From positions 68,150 to 132,149 of the forward strand of contig MQRK01244667.1 of NCBI GenBank assembly GCA_001938485.1: a stretch of DNA of 64,000 nt, in the 5' to 3' direction. Position 1 is the first letter of the stretch. The number at the start of each line of letters is the position of its first letter. A program made the translations under genes and the position numbers. This DNA comes from Girardia tigrina. Its lineage: Eukaryota. Positions 1 to 14,052 of this stretch are shown piece by piece. The notes under the pieces were generated by a model. That model saw nothing but the letters and a program-made list of their open reading frames with translations. It was not told the origin of the DNA and did no database searches.

Positions 1-1645
1 GTAAGAGTAGCTTCTGCCATGTCTACCAGCAAAAATAAAATTATGTAATTATAACACACAAAAAGATATGGTGTCTATATTACGTGTTCTCAAATAGCTG
101 CCGCACCCTGTAAATGCACTCTACAATTTTACTTAGTTTTCAAATGGCGTCTCAGTTGCGTAATAATTACCTGTAATATGAGAACCTTTCTTTTAAAAAC
201 CAGTTGTTCAGTAGATGACAGTTAGACCGTCGAGATTAATAAAAAAAAATAAAGTTTAATTGTTTTGTTAATTTTTATACCCCATAATGAGTTGATCCGA
301 AATTTTAGGACTCAATATACGAATGCTTAGACATTGTGGGACTGACAAAGTAAATTAAAAATGTTTAATAAATCCATATTGGTTACCTGAAATTGTGACA
401 TTTAACAATAGAAATTGAAATAATTTAGATAGAAATGAAATATAATATTCGAATATGATAACTTCTTACACCTATGTAGAAACATTCGTAACTCCAATCA
501 AATGTCTATCTATTTTATCTGGGTATGTTAAAGGATAAATGCAAGCCATATTTTGTAAGCTGGAATATGAGAAAAGAAATAAATGATACACTAACCTCAC
601 ATAATAAAGAATAAAATAAATCACAAAATTTATAATTTTGATCGAATGCATCCAGATGAAATTCAGTTTCCAAATAAACTACTGAATGTGATAAGTAGAA
701 TAATAGTAATTAGTAATTACTACACGTAACGTTTCAAGTATTATAATTTTTATAGTTATATAGCGCCTTTATTTTATAAAAATTAGAAAGAAGACTAAGA
801 CTGATATTTCAATTAAAAAGACGTGTAGCAGATCCGTGGTTATAAGAAACAAAGAATTAATAAAACTTCCTTTTTTCCGTAATAAAAAGCATTGTATTTC
901 CATCTTTAAATCCACATTCCAATTTTAAAATTAATTTACTTAGCAATTAACCTGACAGGAAATTTATGAAGATGTTGGGACGATTCGTCACAGGATGATT
1001 TATTACATGAATTATTCATCGCATTTGGTTTCTGTGTAGCTTAGTGACTATCCCATTTATTTCATCATTATTAAAGACTTTCTGGGTTTTGGTAAGGACT
1101 TAAAAGTTTAAAAGGGTTAACTATAGTTGTCTAAGATGAGGAGCTATAATTTTTGGACTGAAGGTTAGGTTTAGAATAAAGATTCCTGTAAGAGTTTGAG
1201 TAATTTTTATAAGTTTAGTGCAATGTTTATGCAGGTGTGTTGAATTATCCACTTGGAAATAAAAAGTGTTTTGAATCGTCCGGATATCATTACAAATTTT
1301 TATTTTACTATTTTCACAAATATTACCGTATTTTCACAAGTAATAATTCACTCGTAAATGTTATGAACAATTTTTAAAACACAATTTAATAATAAATAAA
1401 TTACAGGAATGTTAAAACTCAAAATAGTAGAAAAAAAGTTCGACATAAAACTCGTAAAAATAATGTTTATTTAGTCTAGATAAATGTTTCAAAAACAAAA
1501 ATTTAACTAAAATGATCCACTGAAAATTAGTTTTATCCCCATGTTACATACATTTTGTTGTGGTGAAAAGATCTGATGCAGTGAATCAGTAAACAGAATT
1601 TTGGTAATTCTAATTCTATTGTCAAAAAATTTAAAATTTGAACTA

Positions 1646-1827
1646 CAGTAAAACCTCTCGATAAGGAGTGTTTAGGGACCGAGAAATCTACCTCTCCATA
1701 AGAAAAGTTGCTTATAGAGAGGGAACGAATGTAAATTAAATTAATGAGTACTTATTATTCAAATGACGGTATATAAATATATATTAAAATACGGTTTCAA
1801 ATAACTCCTTATAGAGAGGTTTTACTG
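1646..1827. mobile_element. Tigger/pogo-type MITE
   Basis: TIR CAGTAAAACCTCTC...GAGAGGTTTTACTG, TA on both sides. Confidence 0.85.
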
Positions 1828-2808
1828 TATTTGAAAATCTGTTAATAGGATTTCATTTTCAAGTGTCATATTGTAAACAAAGTTCTAAAACAACATTTTT
1901 ACATTTATTTCTTTATCGATTTGTATATTAACTAAATGCAAATTTTTTCATTGAATATTTTCACATTCCGTTGCTTCTTACGATATCTAAAGATTCGAAA
2001 ATGATCCATAAAGTAATTGTCTCTCATGAACAGAGACGCTGTGTCTTACTATATGATTAAAAATTCGGCTTGATCAAAAGTAGCCTCATATTAACAAAGC
2101 ATTTGGAAAATACAATTGTTTCACTTCATATAAAGGAAATGGACAAGCATAAGTCGACTGGACGTATGGGTCCCGCGTCAGTTGTCCAACTTTGATCGAC
2201 AATGCCATTGAAACATCTACGCGACCTTTCAGTCCAAGTGGTTATTGGCTGGTTACTGTAGATGATAAATGTCTGAACTAGAACATGACACGCCAAAAGC
2301 TTGACAGACAAGAGTAAAACTGCACAACCTCAGGTAAAGGCAGACCAATAGCATAAGAAATTCATGGTTTGTGTTTGATTGAATAGTTCTAATATATTGG
2401 AAAATGCTTAAATGCAATTAGTCCATCAATTTTCACTTATACTGTCAACAACTGCAGCGAATGTTTCTACATAACAAAACCCCACAAAATGTTGTAATTT
2501 TTTAGAAATTTTTAAATTATAAAGTATGAAAAAAGCCTGTCGCGATGTGAAAAATGACGGTGCCCCAGTATTTCTATGATACCAACAGTATACCGTAAAA
2601 TTTTTCAGTTTGTCGAGTTAAATGTTAGAAAGAATCCACTAGCACTAGATTAAGGAGAATGAGGTAGAGTGTTATAAAAGTTATAAATGGGTACGGATCA
2701 TCTGCGGTTATTGTGAGTATTTTTTTAATTAAACATCAATTAAAAAAAAACAAAAGATAAAATTCTTCTCTGACATCAAAGCAAAATTAAAGACAAAAAA
2801 ATAATTAC

Positions 2809-5800
2809 ATTAATTGTGAGATTGTTCTTCCGTATTCGCGTGTCTTCTTTCAATTCTGGTAATCTGGTAAATAATAAATGAACAATACGTTCTAGAGTGC
2901 ATTCAGCCGTATGGCGCAGTAATTCCGATAACTGAGCCTCGAAACATATTCTGAAACAACTTGATATGATTTTGCAGACTGCATAGTCACTTATTAAATA
3001 TCCCGCGGGAACATGCATAAGTGTATCAAGTAACCGCAATATTTTCATTAGGATTACCTAAATATATAAAGCTTATGATTCTCTATAAAATTAATTCTAA
3101 AATAAATTCATAAATTTAACTGTTGCATCTATTTGCTTGAAGAATTTATTACAACCTAATATAAACATCAAGGTAAACAAATGTACCTAATAACGGATAT
3201 CGCCAAATAGTATCAATGATACCATTTAAATAGTATCACTAAAAGATGATCACTTAGGGATACTATTTGGGTCGTGATACCGTGTTTCCCCGAAAGTAAG
3301 ACAGTGTCTTACTTTCTTTTTATCCCTAAAAGCCCCACTATGTCTTACTTTCGGGGTATGTCTTATATTGGGAAAAAATTGTCGAATTTTTTGTTTTAAC
3401 CATAAAATTAACATTTATTAACAACCTAAATAGTATTGTATTCACCACAAAACAGGTTAATAAAAGGAAGTGACAAGAATGTCTTGTTACAACATTGCAT
3501 AACATGTAAAACAATGAAAAATGGTAAGAACGAACAGTGGAATACTGGAAGATAAAACAGATTTATTCCATGACAACCATGTCATCATTCTCTGGGATAT
3601 CATCATAAACATCCGCACTCTTAGGTTCCTGTGGATTTTCTTGGGACTTATCAAAACGGCGCTGTCTCTTCAGTCGGAGGGGAAGGGCACTGGCCTGGAT
3701 CTCCCCAGGGTGCGGCCCGCACCCCCAGCCCCACTCTTTGTACCGCACGTCACTGGAGGCAAATCCCCCGTGTTTCCCCGAAAGTAAGACATATGTCTTA
3801 CATTCGGGGTACGGCTTATATTAGCTGACCCTTCTAAAACTCCCGATACGTCTTACAATCGGGGGGGGGGGTCTTACTATCGGGGATACACGGTACTATT
3901 TGGTGCTTTCAAATTCCATTAACAAAAATATCAAAATATGAATAAAAAAAGAAAAAAAATATCAATAATACTTTATTCATTAACGACATTCAAACATTCT
4001 ACATCATCATTATCATCTAAACAGTCTACATCCTGATCATCTACATCTTCCCCGGAAATAGACTCGTAGGGAAATTGTTCAATCTGGTTTGAAACAGCCC
4101 AAACCTCGCAAAACTTTCTACCAAATACACAATGCTTTGCTATATGCCAATCGTCATGGTTCGAACTAAATCCTGATGGTATTATTGAGTTTTTTATGGT
4201 TTCGGTTTTCAATTTATTCAAAGATTCTCCGACCCATGAATTAACCAATTCCTTCGATGGTGGTTTTGGATTACCATTTTTGGTATAAACAACAGAATCA
4301 GAGTTCTTCCATTCATTAATACGAAAATATATCAAATCTTTCAAGGAACGAAAAATTCCTATATCTCATGCTTGTAGATAAGATGTCAATCCCCCTGGGT
4401 TCGCCATCATTTCAACATTTCTCTTAATACAATGTTCTTTTACTTGTAGGCCTAAATGAACTCGACACGAATCCAAAATAGTACACTTATCGTTGCTTAA
4501 ATCAATCAAAGGAAACATATGGTCGATCAACTTTATAATTAATTCTTGCTATTACTCTCATTGAACTAAAACCAGTTGATTTTATTTCAAGTGATTTTTA
4601 AAAATTTAAATAGTGATACTAATAGGGTCGTGATACTATTTAAACAGTATCACTAAAAAATTTTTAAATTGGTGATATTATTTGGGTCGTAACACTATAT
4701 GGGTTGGTGATACTAATAGGCGATATCCGTTATAAGATTTACAGATCAAAGTGACTGGCTTAAAATATTTTAATATAATAGAGAATAATGTAACTATCTT
4801 ATTTATCATATTAGGCTTGACCAAGAGATAAATGATGTACATTTATGAATATTGTAAACTCAGTAACCATTTCAGGCCTAATGTTTGACAGAGTAGAATT
4901 AGAATATTTATAAAAATCACAAGTGTTTTTATAGACGCATTTAATGAAAATTTGGCAAGGTAAGTTTGCAATTTATAATTTTAACAATCAATTTAATAAT
5001 TTTATATTTTTTCGCGTAAAAATTGCAGAATTTGTGATTATGAGACGCGTGTGTCATCTAAGTAGTTTTCAATAAGTTAAAAAAAGGTTGTGTGAAAAGA
5101 GTAATATATTTTCATTAATTTTTTATAACTATATTCGATAATTTATATGACGTAAGATATTTAAATCTATTATTAAACAAATAATTCTTTAAATTAAGCT
5201 TATAGTATTAATTATTGACTCCAGTCATTTGCTTCATTATAATACTGACTAAATTTTCTCTTCCTTTCACATAATTGTCAATCTTATTTGTTCTATATTT
5301 AGCATTAATTTAATAATCATACCAAAAAAAATTTAGGTGTACAAGCTTTTATAATTTGTCATATGTTTGCGGTTCTGTATCTATTTCACCCACTTCCCAC
5401 ATTTTTTGACTGAATTATCAAAGCCTACTATGCGAAAACCCGCTTTCTATTTGCATTTGGATGTAGCAAATTTCAAAGCCTACTACTGAGGAAAACATGA
5501 GAACGACACTTTAATTACTTTTTGCGGTCAAACTAAAGGCGGTAGATGATCAGTGACAGTGAAAAAGTGTATTGTCACCTAGAATACATCCGTCCTGAAA
5601 GTTTCATGTCGCTAGGTGAACGGGAAGTGGGTGAATTTACGATCACAAGATTTGATGCATCCAGACAGACAAATAAATGAAACGTAATAAAAGCTTGTAA
5701 AAAGGAAAGTGTTACTAGTCTTATCTTATCCAGTATTGTCTAACACGAATACATGAACTCACTTTACATATTATATTGTATAAGCCTCCCCCGACTGAAC

Positions 5801-8800
5801 GGAGAATTGTGTATTGTAGAGACTACAGTACCAGCATTGGCGTACAGGGCAGTGAGTCATAGACTCTGTATCGGATAGAAGTCAGAAATAGGCAATACAG
5901 AGCCTACTGATTTTCTCGCATGGCTTTAGATGCAAGAATGCGAGCTTTCAGTGCACGGACACGCTTCGGTTTCCCAGTTAGAAAGAACCATTCATGATCC
6001 TTGATTCTGTAGAGCTTTGGCTGTGTAAACACGTTTCGAAAAATGAGTAAAGGGACACAGAAATATCCCCACATCATTTGTATTACTTAATCGAAAGTCG
6101 AGAACCATCCTTGGAATCACTCCTGAGTCCATCTCCGCAATACCGTCGAGGGGCACTGACACATCATGCATCGCGATCGGGTTCGAAGATTTTGTACATC
6201 CTTCATCTCCGTTATTTTGTGCAGTACTAGCACCACTGGTACTGCCTTGGGTTCGGTGATCTATCAATAAATGTCGCTTTAACCATCCATCCGTTTTATG
6301 TCTTGTGACAATTTTCCATGGGACAATGGAAAGCTTTGCACCATTCTGATGCTGCGGCGTCGTGACCATATACACGTTTTTGATTTGTCTCTTTACTTCC
6401 TTCTGTTCCGCAAAAGCTTTGAAGCAAGAAGGTCACGTGCATTGCACTCTTTTGATACGCGTCTGGAGCATTTTCGGGTAATCTTTTTCTTGTTCAATCA
6501 CTTCTGTCAGTTTTTCAGACACAGTTACTTAACAAATCTATTATCCCCCAGCTGAAGATATGGTGTTAATCCAGCTGGAATAACGACCATCAAAATGTTC
6601 CTTATTTGATAATGTCGTTTGACCGCCTTGGAAATGTGAGCTCTACACGAATCACAAATGATACATTTATCTGGTCTTACATCAAATCTAGGAAATATTA
6701 AATCAATCCAACGGATTATAATTTCTTAGGTTATCCAAGCCTGATGCCTGATCTTTTCCGCTATAAATAATCAAGGACAGGGCCTTTTTCCATTGCCAAA
6801 CAGAAAGAGCAGTCGTTATTCTCATAGAAGAAAATCCTGCTGATCGCATGACGACATGTCGTCTTTTTTCATATTAACAGTCTGAGTTATATTGTCTTCA
6901 AATTAGACAGCGGTTTCATCCATATGGATTGTTTTTGTTACGTTTATTGACGGCATTAATTTTAGAAGAAACACAACAAACGAAACAGCTATATCAATCA
7001 AGGCATTATCACACAAAGTTGTAAAATTGGTTCCTTTTCTTAAGGACGAATTGTGTCTCTTAATAAAACCATCAATCCATCAATAACTTCCCTATAATAA
7101 AATGTTTTTTTTCGGCCAAAAAGAATGTCTTATTAGAAACAAAGGTTTTTGTCCCCTTCAATTTCGTAGTACTATCGTAGTTCTATAATTTCGGATAAAA
7201 ACGTTCATTAAAATTTATAGGGACAATTTTAAACAGTGTCCTCATTTTATAAAATTAGAGACACTATTAGGAGATATCTGTTGTTTACCACCCCACAATT
7301 TTGTTAATTTTGTCAAGATGATTGTCAAAATTTAATAAGTTTTCATTTATTTTTAATAGAGGCTTTCATGAATGTATTCGACTCGTGACACAATTTTTTA
7401 AATTCCTTATTAAATACAAAATAATATGTTTTCGTAATTTAAAAAAACATAAGAAATTGATCATTAAAAAATTATTATTTCAAATTTAAAACGAAAATAG
7501 GACTCACTTCGTCCGAGCTGTGATCGGTTCCAACAAATTTTGTATTTGTGACGGTGTTTGCGACGGCTTCAATCGCCGTTTGAAGAGCCTCACTATCACT
7601 CGTCATCGATACATCGACGTATCGAAACCCGAGGAATTTCTCTACAGCGGTGAGAGCTAATCCTGTGATCAATCCGATCATCTCGCCAGAACTGATCACA
7701 TCGAGGAATGGCGATAAATATTCCAGTGGTTTTAGTTCCGATAAATCTAAGGACAAACATATCACAATTGTCAAGTTCAATATTCGGTGCCCTTTCACAT
7801 TAGCCCAGTTCCAATAACGATTTTTTGTTCATTTAATAACGAAAAAATCAAATAGTTGGAAGAGTTCGCTGTTTTTATTTTGCAAAAAATGCTTTTGTTT
7901 TAATAATACAGGTTCTATTAATACAATTTTGAATTTTTTCTGGTCATCAAGTCGGTTACCATGACAAAAAGAACATTCAGCACAGTTTTCAAGAAAGAAG
8001 TAAAAGAATTTATGGAGACGGGTAACAGGGCCTATTGCGCAGTGAAGTACTTCTCCATTCGAGATAAAGTTGAGTAAGTGGATACAGTTTTAAAACAATC
8101 GTTTATTAGTAAAGGAAAGTTCAAAAACAACAACCAAACATGAAAAATATCGGGTGCGGGTAGAAAATCCACCTTTCAGTATACATGAGGAAATTATAAC
8201 AGATGAAATAGAGCTCAGAATGATGAAGATAAAAATTACAAGAACATTTATTTCTGAAAGAGCTATTCAACTCGCAAGTGACACCAATATTGACTTAAAA
8301 GCAACCGGGCCTTGGTTGAATGTGTTTATGTGCAGAAATAATTTTTCTTTTTTACAAAAACGCGTTTCAATGATTGACTTGTCGAAAACACTATTAATAG
8401 ATGAGACGTCTGTATATTTTGAAGACAATCAGAATGTGACAATTAATGTAAAAGGCAGAAAGCACGTTATTATAAAGGGAACAGGATTTTCGCTTTGAGA
8501 GTTACAGATGGTAGGAAATCGCAGGCTACAATAGCACACAAAGGTAAGCAGATGAATGAATTTAAGATGGACGGGGGTGTTAAAAACGTTTCCCAAGATA
8601 ATGCGTGGATCAATCAAGATATTGTTATCAAATGGATTGACTTGATGTTTCCAAAGATTGACAATTCTGAAGGAAAGTGTATAGTGTGGGATTCATGCAG
8701 AGTTCACATATCCAGAAGTTAATGTTCACTGTGGAAAGAGAAATATTAAATTAATAGTTATTACCGGCGGTCTCACACCAAATCTCCAAGCGAACGATAT

Positions 8801-11673
8801 TAGAGTGAATAAGTATTTTAAAGCTAAAGTTTTTGAAAAGATAATCCAGTGGGAGAACTAGAATTCCGTTCAATACACAAGAGCCGGTAATCCCAGGCCG
8901 CCCGGGCATGAAGTTCTGAATTCATGTATAGGTAGTGTTTGCAATGAACTATTCGTCAACAACAATCAAAAATCAATCAACGCAGCAGGAGTTTGCGAAT
9001 TAATCTGATTTGCATATAGCAAAACACGATATATATGGTGAAGCTTTCGTTGAATCGTTCTATCGGAAGAAAATAATCATAGCAACAACGAGGGAATTCC
9101 CGATGATGATGATGAGTTTGTTATCATTGATGAATGAACGTCTTTTTATTCTTTCATCGTTTATTTTTTTTATTTGAGAATAATTTTAGTTTTTCAAATT
9201 TCTGTTGAATACAAGTTTATTTTATTGCAATTTTTCTGAAAGTATCAAATAATGAGTGTATTTTTTTTTAAATACACCTGTTATATAAATAGTAGGCCAC
9301 CTACTATTTGATGTTTTCCGTTAGTTTTTGTATTGTTGTTAATAATTTCTGAAAATTTTGATGCTTCTGTAAAGTATTTAAATTTTTGTTATTTATTACT
9401 TTTTCTGTTTAGTTTATAGTCAACATAATTTCTATTTTTATTAATAATTCATATTAATTTAGTATTACTTATTTATATTTCCTAATTTACTCTTCCTTTT
9501 TTTAAAATTTGTGATAATTTATTATTTATTTGCTAGTATTGTTGTGCATTACTTTATGTAAAATAAGGTGATTTTTTCGATTTTCAAACACTATATTATT
9601 CAAACAAATGAGAATTAATCTATTAAATTACACTCCCCCATGATCTCCAGATCAAATCACATAATCGTCTAGATACTGAGGGGGCTTCCGCACCCGAGTC
9701 GGTCGTTCAGCGGAATCTGCAGCTACCTCTTGCGTTGTTAGTCCACTGATTTCGTCTTCACTGTATGAAATGCGATCATCGGAATCCACTAACATCAGTT
9801 GTCGATTGACCACTGCACTCCTGATGTGGAATATATGCCTCATGATTCTATAGTCGTCCAGCTCCACCCCAACTGCAGACTTCAACGATGTAATTGCATA
9901 CAGTCTCGTCCATGGTTCATCGCATTTCCCGCCGACTCTCAAATAAACATTCTCACCAATGCTGAACGGGTTTTCCTCCGTAGCGTCATACTCATCATTC
10001 GAGATGCACTCCGAGATGAATTTGCATTCAATCTAACGCTCATCTCGAATCATTGGCAGTCGAGACTTGAAATGGGACATCAATTCATAGGGTCCCGCAT
10101 CCCGGTGACCCGTCGTACTGTTGTACCAAAACACACATTTGCTGATCTAGGCCGCCAACACGTCCAATCTGTCATCCGGGAAAATCTTGTTTTGACCAAG
10201 CAACAACCATGTGTCAAATCTCCCCAGACCAAACAATCGGGCGCAATTCACTTTTGATATCCTTGACATTTCTCTGTTGATCCAGCGATAAACCCTTCCA
10301 AGTGTCGTATGCCGGCCCATCCAACTGAATGACCAAGCATGAGACTTCTTTTTCTATTAGCCCGTCTATCTTGATGGCAAACTCGAATATGTCGACCCAA
10401 CGTTCGACGTCCTCCCCACCATCAAATTTCTTCAAATTAATGATGGCTTTCATAGCCGCGATAACTTGTAAAATAAGGTGATTTTTTCGATTTTCAAACA
10501 CTATATTATTCAAACAAATGAGAATTAATCCATTACATTACACTCCCCACGATCTCCAGATCAAATCACATAATCGTCTAGATACTGAGGGGGCTTCCGC
10601 ACCCGAGTCGGTCTTTCAGCGGAATATGCTGAAAGTGATTGAATATTCGAACATAATTAAAATAATCATTTTATAAGTTCATATTTTTTTTAATTTATCA
10701 ATTAAAATCAAGTTTAATATTTTTGAAGAAAAGAATTTAAATAATTTTTAACAATTTAAAAAAAATTTTGATTATTTTGGGTTTTTATAAAGAAATGGTT
10801 AAAATTATTATTTTTAATTAATATTTTTAGGAATTAAATATTTTTAAAATATTTAGAAAAACTGTTCGAATAATCATTGATTAAAAACAGAAACAACAAA
10901 AGCAATCAGTGAGATGTCAAACGGTGAAAGACTTCCTGATAGTTGTAATTACTCGAAATGTGATAGCAATATAAATTCTAATGAAAATTGTCCCAATGTT
11001 CTTAACGATAATTATTAATAAAATAAATAGAAATTCAATTATCCCTTTTCATTTGAGATATTACCGCTTTAAGATTCGATAAATTTTCTTTGATTTGTGT
11101 GAAATTATTATTTTTCTCTATATTATTTTAATTAAATTGTTTGGTTTTTTGAAATCTCTTATTTTTTTACGTTTTCTATTGTTCATACGACTCACTATAA
11201 ATTTATTTAATATTTTTGCAATTTTATAAAATTTTTACTTCATTTTACGATTTTTGTCATTTTTGTTAATTTAATAATTACTTTTTATGTTTCCTATTTT
11301 TTTGATTTTCTTATAATATTATATAATTTTTTCTATTTTTTGTATTTGTTAAAATATAAATATATATATATAATATTTATCAAATAATTATAAAATAAAT
11401 TATTCCCGCAAATCACACGCGATAATTCATAAATCTTACCGTTTATTTGAGATAAAACCGCTTTTAAATTCGATAAATTCCGATAAAGCGGATCCGATAT
11501 TTCCTCCTCGAAAAAAATTTTAACATTAAAAACGATTTTGGAAATCGATCTTGTGCTATTAAATTTACTTGATATGTTCGATGAGAACTGACTTTCATTC
11601 GTCGTTTCATCGCAGTCATTAAGAGCATTACTTCCAATTGTACGACGTGTTTTGCATTTCTCGTACTCGTCAT
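2809..11673 (-). CDS. GBF1: GBF1-like large Arf-GEF, 5' exons (DCB domain): 11569-11673, candidate 11046-11115, 7508-7746, 2809-3057; gene probably continues beyond the left end
   Basis: Peptides LSPFLDVISS..ITGLALTAVEKFL, TKFVGTDHSSDEV|ILMKIL and CFRICFEAQLSELLRHTAE..LFTRLP match the GBF1 N-terminus. Exons 1, 3 and 4 have canonical GT/AG ends; exon 2 ends are non-canonical. Confidence 0.88.
3193..4730 (-). mobile_element. Deleted pogo-like DNA transposon with DDE C-terminal remnant (3973-4560)
   Basis: TIRs ACGGATATCGCC..TAGTATCA / TGATACTA..GGCGATATCCGT, TA TSD, subterminal TGATACTATTTGG repeats; translated remnant ends in acidic tail. Confidence 0.85.
3280..3893. mobile_element. Non-autonomous Tc2/Tigger-type element nested in the pogo element
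   Basis: TIR CCGTGTTTCCCCGAAAGTAAGAC / GTCTTACTATCGGGGATACACGG with TA TSD; removing it restores the host repeat GTCGTGA-TA-CTATTTGG; internal extra TIR copy near 3768. Confidence 0.9.
5340..5699. mobile_element. Non-autonomous repeat with nested inverted repeats (class uncertain)
   Basis: TACAAGCTTTTAT / ATAAAAGCTTGTA ends, internal CACCCACTTCCC / GGGAAGTGGGTG, CAGACAGAC near the end; similar fragment near 41920-42030. Confidence 0.55.
5785..6540 (-). mobile_element. 3' fragment of zinc-finger-tailed LINE (subfamily B)
   Basis: KAFAEQK, GWLKRHLLIDH and CPF motifs shared with copies at 31-32 kb and 38 kb; 3' region closely similar to 63790-64000. Confidence 0.75.
6543..7282 (-). mobile_element. 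Decayed pogo-like transposase fragment
   Basis: DETAV, ICDSCRAHISKAVK, VVIPAGLTPYLQLGD on the - strand; TIR-like end at 7255-7282. Confidence 0.75.
7839..9321 (+). mobile_element. Near full-length pogo-like transposon with pseudogenised DDE_1 transposase
   Basis: TIRs ACGAAAAAATCAAATAGT / ACTATTTGATGTTTTCCGT with TA TSD; CENP-B-like HTH, IDETSVYF, IVWDSCRVH, GGLTPNLQAND; stops and frameshifts. Confidence 0.88.
9557..10625 (-). mobile_element. Miniature internally deleted Ty3/gypsy-like LTR element (TRIM-like); 76-bp LTRs at 9557-9632 and 10467-10542
   Basis: TG..CA direct repeats; polypurine tract GGGGGAG; gag start (KFDGGEDVERW..LDGPAY); integrase C-terminal-like tail (FSIGENVYLR..RPTRVRKPPQYLDDYV). 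Confidence 0.85.
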
Positions 11674-12559
11674 TATTTAAATGTGTTTTCTCTGCAAAAA
11701 AAACCTATTTTCATTAAATTGAAACATATTTTCCGTTATTTCTTTCGTCAGAAAAAAAATTAATATTTTAATATGAAAATTGTGCCACGTAAATTTACAT
11801 AATTAAAAAAACTTATTGAAATAATATTAAAACAAATGTTTAATTTTGATGCATTAAAAGAAAGAAATTTGTAGTTTTTAATAATTAAACTTTTTTCATT
11901 TTTCTTTGAGAATTGGTTCCCGAATTCAAATATGGAATATTTTGAGATAATTTTCTAATCATTTGTCATATTAGTTGACAGTTAGTTTTAGTAGTTAGTT
12001 TTTTTGGTACCGTAGTCGTTGGACCGCGGGTGCACTGAATTATGCGCAAGCATTTTTTGACATGGTTTTACATATTTTTGAGTGTCTCAGTAGGCAAAGT
12101 TAGATTATTTAAAAGCAAGTTAATTAACTTTACTTTTTAAAAATACTTTTTATTTACCTAGGATGTATTTTAAGACAATTTAATTGTCATAAATCGACGT
12201 ATTATGATTTCAGCTTATGGTTTCTTGTTGATTGTTGGTTTATGCTGTTTTATTGTTTTGTTCAATCATTTTGGATGAATTAATCCATTAATTGATTATA
12301 GTTTTGATAAATTATTAAAATATATTGTTATATAAGCTAAGATTGCAAATTTTTAGCCCTATTCGATAATAAAAAGGGAGATAAACGATGAAGAAACAGG
12401 TAAACTGAACAAAGAAATATAAAGCGTGGTTACGATATAATTTTTTTAATATTATTTTAAGAATTTAACAATTTATTGAACTAACAAATATTCTTCAGTT
12501 TTATATTTAAACAAATATAACATTCAAATTTTATTCATTTTTTACATTCCTCGTGGTTT

Positions 12560-13390
12560 CAAGATCAAATTTCAAAATCATGTATATATTTAAGAGACTT
12601 CTGAACCCGCATCTGTTGTTTCGAAAAACATGTTCCTATCATTGGAGCTACTGAACCTTCATTTATATGATCGCTGTATTTAATGTAATCAGTTAGTATC
12701 TCGTGAGGTGCCTGATCTCCAGTATCTTCATCAATGTATGAAGTGTAATCATCGGAATTAAGTATAGTAGATAAGTGATTTTGCGTTGCTTTCCTGATGG
12801 GGAATATGGACCCTATGACACCATTGTCGTCGAGCTACATCATAATTTCAGATTGCTATGGTTCATCGCATTTTTCATTAAATCTAAAATAAACAATTTT
12901 GTTAATATTAAAAGATTTTTATCTATGTTGTCATAATTAATTCCCATTTCATCAGACTCTCATCTTATATGAAAGACAGTTTAGATTTTGCTTTGAACAC
13001 ACATTCACCAATCACCCTATTAAATCTCACTGTCATTGTAATTCTGGTTAAGTTGTTTCTCTCATAAATCGGTCTCCTTGATATCGGTAGGCTGATGTTG
13101 AACCTAGTTCAATTTTTCATTTATTCAAAGTCAGTCTTGTTATCGTACTTCTTTAAGCAGGTGCATTGTCAGAAAAAACCATTTAGATTTTCAAAATTCT
13201 GTAAATATACTATTTATATGCCTATTCATTATCTCAGCGGATTAATTATGCAATAAAAATTTTGTGATATAATCCTGCAGATTTATTGAAATTTCATACA
13301 GATTATTGTGCGTATTACGTTTTTGTCATAAGTGTTCAATGAAGTTCTATTGAAATATTGTTGAGAATCCGGTTTGTCATTAAAATATTC
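12560..13390 (-). mobile_element. Highly decayed non-LTR retrotransposon RT fragment
   Basis: Weak GVIGSIFP and YIDED motifs in RT order on the - strand. Confidence 0.3.
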
Positions 13391-13849
13391 AGTTGTTACA
13401 AAATTTGATTATTCAAACAAAAAAATTAATTCATTAAAAACTATTCACTTTTTACAAATTCTAAATAATCAAACAAAAAAGTATTATTTTTAAATGTTTT
13501 ATCAGTTTTATAATACACATGTATTTATAATACACATAAAAATTACTTTTTTCTAAAATATTTTATCCGATAAAATTTTTTATTGTGATTATTAAATATA
13601 TATTTTTCTTTAATATAGTTTCTTTATTATTAAAGTATATTTTTAATTTTATCGAATTCAGAAATAAATTTTTAAGCATATCAAATTATTTCTTTTCGTA
13701 ATACGAGGGGGAAGGGGGGGTAGGGAAATGTAACCTCACATCGAAATTCTGAAAGTGCTTGAATACCCCAAATTACAATACAGAATTTATTTTTTCATAT
13801 AAAATTGTTGATTTTTGAAATATAATTGTTAATTTTTGTTAATTGTATG

Positions 13850-14050
13850 CTTTTGAGTCAGGATGACAAAGCTCGTGTTCCAATCGGGTTTAGCCTTTGC
13901 TGATACACGTAGAGTATATAGTTAGCTTGCCTGAACATGACTGGGTTGTGGCTGCCGCACACAAGTTAATTCCTTCGGTATATGCCGGAATTTAAATTCA
14001 GTGTAATGGTCTGGGCAACAGAGAAGTTGTTGGTTATTCGAGGCCGACAT
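13850..14050 (+). mobile_element. Zator-like transposase fragment
   Basis: SQDDKARVPIG...EYIVSLPEHDWVVAAAHKLIPSVYAGI. Confidence 0.65.
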
Positions 14051-14052
14051 AA

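Noticed and set aside
1-600. Possible further GBF1 exons (a 45-nt GT-AG intron-like segment near 342-386)
   Set aside because: Could not obtain a convincing homologous in-frame translation
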